Shown here one piece after another: positions 58,526 through 64,000 of a stretch of DNA of 64,000 bases (position 1 is its first letter; each line of letters opens with the position of its first letter). A model generated the notes under the pieces. That model searched no databases. It worked only from the letters and a program-made list of their open reading frames with translations, and was not told where the DNA came from. A program made the translations under genes and the position numbers. Origin of the DNA: Deltaproteobacteria bacterium. GTDB taxonomy: Bacteria > Myxococcota > Kuafuiibacteriia > Kuafuiibacteriales > Kuafuiibacteriaceae. The stretch is taken from positions 128,001 through 192,000 of the forward strand of contig JAVJQW010000022.1 in NCBI GenBank assembly GCA_040218735.1, written 5' to 3'.

Positions 58526-60070
58526 TTACGCCGTCGGCAGCTCGAGGACGAACCTCGCACCACCCAGGCCTGACTCTTCCACTCTCACGGTTCCGCGGTA
58601 CTCGCCACACACGACCTCTTGAAGGAGTGCGAGCCCCTGCCCGGTGCCGTCCGGCACCGTGCTGAACCCTCGCTCGAACACGCGGGTCCGAAGGTCGGGG
58701 TCGACCCCGCGGCCGTCGTCGTCGACGTGAATCACCACGGTGCTGTCCGTCCGATGGCCGGAGACGACGACCGCGACTCGTCCGTCGGGTCGACCGTGGC
58801 GCCGGGCGTTTCGAATGACCTCGGCGAGCGCGTGTACGAGTCGGAGCCTTTGACCGTGGAGCTCCGTCCCGCGGATGGCGTCGAGCGATCGTCCCACGTC
58901 GGAGCCGTTGGCGATCGCGATCGCGTCCTCGACGACCGCGGCCGCATCGAACGTTTGTGGAGGCGATTGGGAGCTCCCGTAGAGCGCGACGAGATCTTCC
59001 ACGAGCTTGAAGGCGCGCTTCACGCCGGTTCGCGCTCGCGCGAGACGCTGGGTTTCGGTCTCGCTCCAGTCGGGCGCGGAGGTCATCTGGTCGAGCGCGA
59101 AGTTTGCTGGGCCCAGCGCGTTCCTGAGCCCGTGCGCCATTGTCTCGACCACCCATTCGGCCGCCCGTCGCTCGGTTCCGGGCACCACGCTCGAGTCGTC
59201 CATGCGCGCCGCCGACGCCTGTTCGAGGAGTGCGCCAAGCACGGCTTGGGCGGGATGGTCGCCGGAGCGGAGCTCCTCGAGGAGGGCCAGCCCTTCCGGC
59301 CAGACTTCGTACTGTTGGAGTTCGGGGTCTGAACTCGTCCACAGGAGCCCCAACCGTTCGAGTCGAAGAATCGACGTCCAGGCGTACGGAAACCATGGCC
59401 CCTCCTCCGCGTCCAGGCCGCCCTGCCAAACGACCATTTGCGGGGTAGCGATGAGGTGCTCGATGGTCGCTCGACTCAATCGCCACGCGTCCTTTGCGCC
59501 GGTTGACTGCAGAAGCTCGTTCGTGAGGATCCAGCGGACGGCATCGCGTCCGGTGAGTCGCGTCAGAACACGTCCTGCCGCGGTCGTGATACCGCGATCC
59601 ATGATGCCGACCTCTTCCGCGTACCGCAGAACGTCGGTGTCTTCGCTCCACTGGTTGACCGTCTGGAGCGCCGCCTCGATCACGGACCACTGGAGTCCAT
59701 CCGGAGGCTCCACGGGCAGGTTGAGCAGAGCGCGCAGGGCGGCGTCGAGGAACCTACGGGCTTCGGCTGGCGCTTCGACGCCCGCGGCCAGGATGCGCCG
59801 GTATACCCTCCGCAGGACGGCCCGCCTCGGTCCCGGGCCCAGCCACTCACGAACGAGGTTCGCGCGCACCTCACTGGGGTCCGGAGGAACGAAGAGCGCA
59901 TTCATGTGCTCTTCCTGCTGCGCTTGCCGAGCCAAGGCGACTCGCTCTTCGACCCCCGCCGTGACTTGCGCGCGGTAGTCGGCCGGCGGCATCACGTCGT
60001 CGAAGTTCGGCCACGCTGTCGTCCGGTGTAGCCCGTCGCGTAGCGCGGATTGCAGCTCGTCCAGCCACAC
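58526..60070 (-). CDS. Soluble histidine kinase with an unrecognised N-terminal region
   Basis: H-box AHGLRNAL, N-box VIRNA, G1 DDDGRG, F-box VFERGFST, G2 GTGQGL, GGARF; no TM. Start GTG 60070 uncertain; the ORF further upstream is a shadow of the divergent gene. Confidence 0.85.
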   Translation of the reverse strand: MWLDELQSALRDGLHRTTAWPNFDDVMPPADYRAQVTAGVEERVALARQAQQEEHMNALFVPPDPSEVRANLVREWLGPGPRRAVLRRVYRRILAAGVEAPAEARRFLDAALRALLNLPVEPPDGLQWSVIEAALQTVNQWSEDTDVLRYAEEVGIMDRGITTAAGRVLTRLTGRDAVRWILTNELLQSTGAKDAWRLSRATIEHLIATPQMVVWQGGLDAEEGPWFPYAWTSILRLERLGLLWTSSDPELQQYEVWPEGLALLEELRSGDHPAQAVLGALLEQASAARMDDSSVVPGTERRAAEWVVETMAHGLRNALGPANFALDQMTSAPDWSETETQRLARARTGVKRAFKLVEDLVALYGSSQSPPQTFDAAAVVEDAIAIANGSDVGRSLDAIRGTELHGQRLRLVHALAEVIRNARRHGRPDGRVAVVVSGHRTDSTVVIHVDDDGRGVDPDLRTRVFERGFSTVPDGTGQGLALLQEVVCGEYRGTVRVEESGLGGARFVLELPTA

Positions 60071-60178
60071 GAGGCGGACGCTACCGCCGCCTGGGGGGAG
60101 AGGCCAGCACTCGAGCGTAGGACTTGCCCTCGCGGTCAGTTGCGCGCGCGCCGGGTCCGGCGGGATTCTCCCCGGTCT

Positions 60179-60976
60179 ATGGCACTCAAAGATCTCACCA
60201 TCGAATCCATGGTCACCATCGTCGGGGCGTGGGTCGACGCGAAGCGCGACCGGCCGGTGATCGAGAAGTATCCGAAGCTGGCGCCGTTCCTCCCGGACCT
60301 CGGCGGGTTGCAAGATGCCTTGCTCTCGGCGGGGCATCGCGAGCCCTCGAATACGTCGGAGGAGCTCGAGCGCGTGCGCGCGGAGCTCAAGGAGCTGGAC
60401 CGCCGGCACGACGCGGTCGTGCGCGGCATCGACCAGGTGCTCGCGGGGCTGTCGCAGCTCGCGGCGAAGGAGTCCACGGCGTCGACGCTGGAGCGCCTGC
60501 GCGAGACGTTGCTCCCGGAGGGCCGGCGCGTGGTCACGTGGAGTATGCGACGGCAGGGCGGCGCCGCGGAGCGCGCGGCCTCGCGGCTGACGTCGGCCCA
60601 GAAGAAGGCGCTGCGCGAGATGAAGATCCCGGGCGGGACGCTGATGGGCTTCTTCAACGAGCGCGTGACGCTCGCGCGGAAGTTGGTCGAGCTGGACCGC
60701 CAGCGCGTCGCGCTGTTGGCGGCCCTGGACGGCGACGGACCGACGATCGCGAACTACGACGCGACGCTGAAGTTCGTGCGCACCGTGGGGTTGTTCGTGT
60801 CGATCGCCGAGGTGAGCGACATGGAGGACGCGGACCGGGAGCGGTTGCTCGGCGACCTGGAGGCGGCGCTGGAGAACGCGGAGGCGCGGCGGTCGGCGCA
60901 CGTGGAGCGGGCGATCGAGGAGGCGCTGGAGGACCTGGACGCGTCGGCGGAGGCCCAGCCGGCGGGGGATGCTTAG
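60179..60976 (+). CDS. Hypothetical all-helical protein
   Basis: ATG 60179 (MALKDLTIESMV); strong host codon bias; amphipathic helices, LKELDRRHD motif. Confidence 0.8.
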   Translation: MALKDLTIESMVTIVGAWVDAKRDRPVIEKYPKLAPFLPDLGGLQDALLSAGHREPSNTSEELERVRAELKELDRRHDAVVRGIDQVLAGLSQLAAKESTASTLERLRETLLPEGRRVVTWSMRRQGGAAERAASRLTSAQKKALREMKIPGGTLMGFFNERVTLARKLVELDRQRVALLAALDGDGPTIANYDATLKFVRTVGLFVSIAEVSDMEDADRERLLGDLEAALENAEARRSAHVERAIEEALEDLDASAEAQPAGDA

Positions 60977-60982
60977 CCGGGG

Positions 60983-61219
60983 TCAGCCTGCTTGTCGAAG
61001 ATGAAAGACCGGGGCGGTTGCGATCGGCTTCCGTCCGCCGTCCTGAAGTAGTCGTTCGATCCGTTCGACCGTCTCCGGCTCGAACTCCACGTCGCCACAG
61101 CTGTCGCAGACGAGCGCCGGGACGTCGTCGATGACGATCAGCTCGCCACCAGGTCGAACGGTGTGGGGCACGAGCTTGCGGTCGTAGGCTCCCGGACAAT
61201 CGTTGATAGAGCACTTCAT
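60983..61219 (-). CDS. YgiT-type zinc-finger protein (MqsA-like antitoxin family)
   Basis: MKCSINDC...LIVIDDVPALVCDSCGD..FEPETV..IE; ATG 61219. Confidence 0.87.
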   Translation of the reverse strand: MKCSINDCPGAYDRKLVPHTVRPGGELIVIDDVPALVCDSCGDVEFEPETVERIERLLQDGGRKPIATAPVFHLRQAG

Positions 61220-61267
61220 CTGCGACCTCGCTGCGTTGGCGTCAACCACTTCGGAGCGGAGGGTACA
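61216..61267 (-). pseudogene. 3' remnant of a probable DUF4258-type toxin gene
   Basis: Frame reading VPSAPKWLTPTQRGRR* ends in an ATGA overlap with the YgiT start and is cut at the repeat junction. Confidence 0.55.
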
Positions 61268-61477
61268 ACGACGCGACGCTGTGGTTCGCGCGGCGCCGAG
61301 GTGAGCGAGATGGAGGGCGCGGACCGGGACCGCGTGCTCTCGGACCTGGAGTCGGCGCTGGAGAACGCGGAGGCGCGGCGGTCGGCGCAGGTGGAGCGGG
61401 CGATCGTGTAGGGGTTGGAGGACCTGGAGGCTTCCGTGGAGGCCCAGCCGCCGGATGATCGGTTGGCAGCGCCTTAG

Positions 61478-61645
61478 CGGGTGCCGTGAAAGGGGGTTCG
61501 GAGGCTGTGACAGGCTCAAGATTGGGTTTGAAATCCGATTTGGAGTCTGTCGGAGGGTCGAGATTGGGTTTGAAACCCGATTCGGAGGCTCTCGGAGGGT
61601 CGGATCTGGGTTTGAAACCGGATTTGGAGCCTACGCGGACTCGAC
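61478..61645. repeat. 42-bp tandem repeat, 3 clear copies plus 1 degenerate copy
   Basis: Units start at 61520, 61562 and 61604 (consensus near GATTGGGTTTGAAACCCGATTYGGAGKCTSTCGGAGGGTCGR); degenerate unit at 61478. Confidence 0.9.
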
Positions 61646-61975
61646 TTCGGCCTCGCCGACGCGCGCCTCCAGGTCGCCGAGGGTGTCGCGCATCTGTTCG
61701 CGTGCGGACTCAAGGACCCGTCGCTCGACCTGGTCCTGGACGACCGCCAGTGGCACCAGGCGGCTGTCCCGCGATCCTTGATGCTCCTGGATGGTTCGAT
61801 TGGCTCAGCGACTCGAGGCGTTTGGGCATCCTATCCGCCCGGTGAGCCGCCGGCTTGGCTCGCGAGTCGCTTCTTCGCGGATACGGCCGCTGCCCTCGCT
61901 TCTGCATCGCGCAGGCGCTACCCGTGGGCGATCAGCCTGTCATGGGGGCTCGGGCGAGCACGTCTCGCCACCTTT

Positions 61976-62090
61976 GCCGATGAAGTCCGCGCAGCCTTCG
62001 TGGAGTGTGCGCCAGAAGCGCTCTATCTTGCCCTCGGCTGTGGCTTTTTAGGGCCGCGTGTGGATGAGCGTGAGGTCAGGCGAGTACGCA
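61976..62090 (-). mobile_element. DDE (rve/integrase-core) transposase remnant
   Basis: Manual translation: LTLIHTRP*KATAEGKIERFWRTLHEGCADFIG, matching the PY....GK.ERF..TL motif with the Tyr codon replaced by TAA. Confidence 0.7.
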
Positions 62091-62124
62091 CCTCGCGCGT
62101 GTATGAATGTGGCCGCCAGTGCCC

Positions 62125-62208
62125 AGCCGTTTCCTCTTTCCATCGGGCACCGGAACGCTTCATCCGGACCGCCACGAGGCTTCCAGGTTGCCTCCATGTT
62201 GTTGGACC
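62125..62208 (-). mobile_element. ISKra4-family transposase C-terminal remnant
   Basis: SNNMEATWK, frameshift, SLVAVRMKRSGARWKEETAGH, matching the GSG.VE..CK.LV..RMKRSG.RW motif. Confidence 0.7.
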
Positions 62209-62237
62209 AGGAGGCCCAGGGCGGTGATGCGGTCGGC

Positions 62238-63998
62238 TCAGACCGCGAGCACCTCGACGACCTCGGCGATGACGCGCAGCTCGTCGGGATCTGCGGAGGT
62301 GAAAGTCAGGGGCTCGAACTCCGGGTTCGCGGGCCGGAGCACGATGCGCTTCGCACCGTCGGATCCCTGCTCTTCCCTGTAGAGCTTGATGGTGTACTGG
62401 CCGCCGGTGTCGGGATCGGTGGGCCCCGCGTGGCGCACGAGGACGGGGCGCTCGGGAGAGGATGGGAGGGAGACGCGGCGGAAGAGGCAGTAGGCTCCGT
62501 CGGGGATGGTGGGCTCCATCGACCGGCCGGTGACCTGGGCGACGAACATGCCCCGTGCGAGGGGCTTGGCTGCGCTCGGGGTCACCCATTCGAGGCTGTC
62601 GTCATCGAGATCGGGGACGTCTTCCTGGAGCTCGCTCCAGGCGGTTGCCGCGATCTCGAACTCGATCAGCGGCACACAGGTACTGTAGCGCTCCTGCGAC
62701 GCGGGCTCGACCCGGCGGAACGGAAGCACCTTCGCGGCGCCACCAGTCGGCTCGGCCTCGTCGAGGAGGTCGAGGGCCGGGAGGCTCTGCACCAGCTTCA
62801 GCGTCTCGAGGCTCACGGTGATCACCCGGAGCAGGAGGGAGAGCGGGTAGCGTGGGTCGCCCATGGTCTCGGTGGCCCAGGCGTTGGCGTCCTTCTCGAT
62901 GCCGCTCGCTTTGTCCGTGGTGACGCTCTGGCACTTCATCACCCACCCTATCGCGGGCTTGCCGTTGACGACGTAGTCATACGCCTCCAGGGGGATGTCG
63001 CGGACGGTGATGAAGTCATTGTAGTGGATAACGGTCTTGTCCTTGCCCTTCCCGAACCGCATCTTCTCGACCCGGTAATGGTTGGCGGTGCGGCTGGCCG
63101 ACTCTTCGACCTTGGCCTTGTACTCGGGCACCTTCTCGTAGCCGACGTGCAGCTCGCCCAGGGTGCGGCCGGCCTTGCTGAAGGCCCAGAAGTCTGCAGC
63201 GGTCCTCACGCGAGGGATGCGCGGAAGCTCCTTGCCAAGGTTGTCGGCGTAGCGAGTGCGGTAATCCGGGGCGTGTAGGATGCCGTAGACGTAATAGAAT
63301 AGGTCTTCCTTGGTGATGGGCTCACCCGGGTAGGCGGACTGGAAGTGGGCGAGGCCGGCGTCGGTGATGCCGTCGCGGCGAGTGGTAGCGGCTGAAGGCT
63401 TGTTTGGGGCGGGGAACATTGCGCCAGCCCCATCAGCTTCCTCCGGACCGGTGTCGGCGGAATCGTAGACGAAAAGCGGGAAGTACTGAGATCCAACCAT
63501 ATCCGTCGCATGCAGGCTCGGGACAACATCTGCCATCATCACCGAGAAGGCGCTTCGCGACTCGCCAGCGGTGACCCCGATGACGCGGTTTGCCACGTCA
63601 ACGCGAGGAAAGAGGCGTGGCATCTGGTAGACCATCTCGTTGAGCTTGCGGTCGAAGTATAGCCAGCGGCGCGAGAAGGGTCGGTACAAGCTCGGCACTA
63701 TACGCATTGCGTCGAAGCGCAGCCGTCCTCCCTTCGCAAATTCGTTCTTAAGGGCTCTCGTCCAGGAGATCTTCGAAGGGTCTGTGTCTATGAAACCTTT
63801 GAGCAGTCCTTTCCGCCCCTTCTTGTGGAGCTCGCGATGGGCGCCATCGAAGCGAGACAGCTCCGCGTTGTAGAACCTGATCATATTGCCCATGTTGTGG
63901 CTGAGGCCGGGTTTCGATGGGTTCGAAGCCCACGCATCGCGATTCGTAACCACGCCTAGCGAGAACATTGAGAAGACGCGGGCCGAGGACTCCTCCTT
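62238..63998 (-). CDS. Type ISP restriction-modification enzyme (C-terminal part; 5' end outside window) fused to an S24 LexA-like peptidase domain
   Basis: LGVVTNRDAW, ISWTRAL, SLYRPF, ITKEDLFYYVYGILH..DYR.RYA.NL.KELPRIP, YDYVVNGKPAI; then VTGRSMEP and YTIK. Frame stays open to the window edge. Confidence 0.9.
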   Translation of the reverse strand, partial: KEESSARVFSMFSLGVVTNRDAWASNPSKPGLSHNMGNMIRFYNAELSRFDGAHRELHKKGRKGLLKGFIDTDPSKISWTRALKNEFAKGGRLRFDAMRIVPSLYRPFSRRWLYFDRKLNEMVYQMPRLFPRVDVANRVIGVTAGESRSAFSVMMADVVPSLHATDMVGSQYFPLFVYDSADTGPEEADGAGAMFPAPNKPSAATTRRDGITDAGLAHFQSAYPGEPITKEDLFYYVYGILHAPDYRTRYADNLGKELPRIPRVRTAADFWAFSKAGRTLGELHVGYEKVPEYKAKVEESASRTANHYRVEKMRFGKGKDKTVIHYNDFITVRDIPLEAYDYVVNGKPAIGWVMKCQSVTTDKASGIEKDANAWATETMGDPRYPLSLLLRVITVSLETLKLVQSLPALDLLDEAEPTGGAAKVLPFRRVEPASQERYSTCVPLIEFEIAATAWSELQEDVPDLDDDSLEWVTPSAAKPLARGMFVAQVTGRSMEPTIPDGAYCLFRRVSLPSSPERPVLVRHAGPTDPDTGGQYTIKLYREEQGSDGAKRIVLRPANPEFEPLTFTSADPDELRVIAEVVEVLAV

Positions 63999-64000
63999 GT

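Larger units (their letters stand above)
60756..61459 (+). repeat. Diverged direct repeat: 60756-60970 (gene 3' end) and 61268-61459
   Basis: Both copies encode AEVS.ME.ADR.R.L.DLE.ALENAEARRSA.VERAI; the second has an internal deletion and an in-frame TAG. Confidence 0.9.

Noticed and set aside
60071-60901. N-terminal extension making the kinase 791 aa
   Set aside because: It is the antisense shadow of the codon-biased gene 60179-60976.
61220-61519. N-terminal extension of the YgiT protein to 178 aa
   Set aside because: It is the antisense reading of the duplicated gene end; the family start MKC is at 61219.
61478-61645. CRISPR array suggested by the TTGAAAC-like core and palindrome
   Set aside because: The sequences between cores resemble each other, the period is only 42 bp and no cas genes are in the window, so this is a tandem repeat.
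61630-61760. Minus-strand frame VPLAVVQDQVERRVLESAREQMRDTLGDLEARVGEAEVESA*
   Set aside because: Looks like a coding fragment but has no clear start or recognisable family; too weak to annotate.
61455-61845. ORFs translating the 42-bp array into 14-aa repeats
   Set aside because: Several frames on both strands are open simply because the unit is a multiple of 3; there is no RBS or codon bias favouring one.
1-64000. tRNA, rRNA, integrase or intact transposase genes
   Set aside because: None recognised by eye; a tRNAscan/Infernal run would be needed to exclude small RNAs.

Overview
High-GC bacterial DNA, probably Myxococcota, inferred from an SgmX-like TPR protein with an ExeA ATPase, an FHA-TPR protein, TamB/TamA and many lipoproteins. 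About 50 credible genes; most other ORFs in the track are antisense or off-frame shadows. Layout: (1) 1-5.5 kb: dihydropyrimidinase, ExeA ATPase and SgmX-like protein. (2) 5.6-19.9 kb: surface-polysaccharide region (WecA-like, GT4s, WecB-like, AsnB-like, rmlA/rmlD, DegT, wzm/wzt), in which four adjacent genes have eroded catalytic motifs, interrupted by a gene with a strong promoter and structured leader. (3) 20-40.8 kb: envelope and housekeeping genes (FHA protein, PMCA-type Ca ATPase, thioesterase, Cys-less EgtC-like protein, PspA, S9 peptidase, NlpC/P60, TamB, TamA). (4) 40.8-49.5 kb: trypsin-CARDB, Cys-rich lipoprotein, TPR-CHAT, ECF sigma, anti-sigma and subtilase. (5) beta-helix protein, PilZ, Se-dependent xanthine dehydrogenase and rsmG. 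(6) 56-64 kb: defence-like island. The best candidate for a new system lies in this island: a soluble histidine kinase with winged-helix-like N-terminal motifs paired with a response regulator whose output domain is an Mrr-type restriction endonuclease. The island also holds a duplicated gene end around a decayed toxin-antitoxin cassette, a 42-bp tandem array, two IS remnants and a type ISP restriction-modification enzyme fused to an S24 peptidase. All family calls come from reading motifs by eye; no searches were run.
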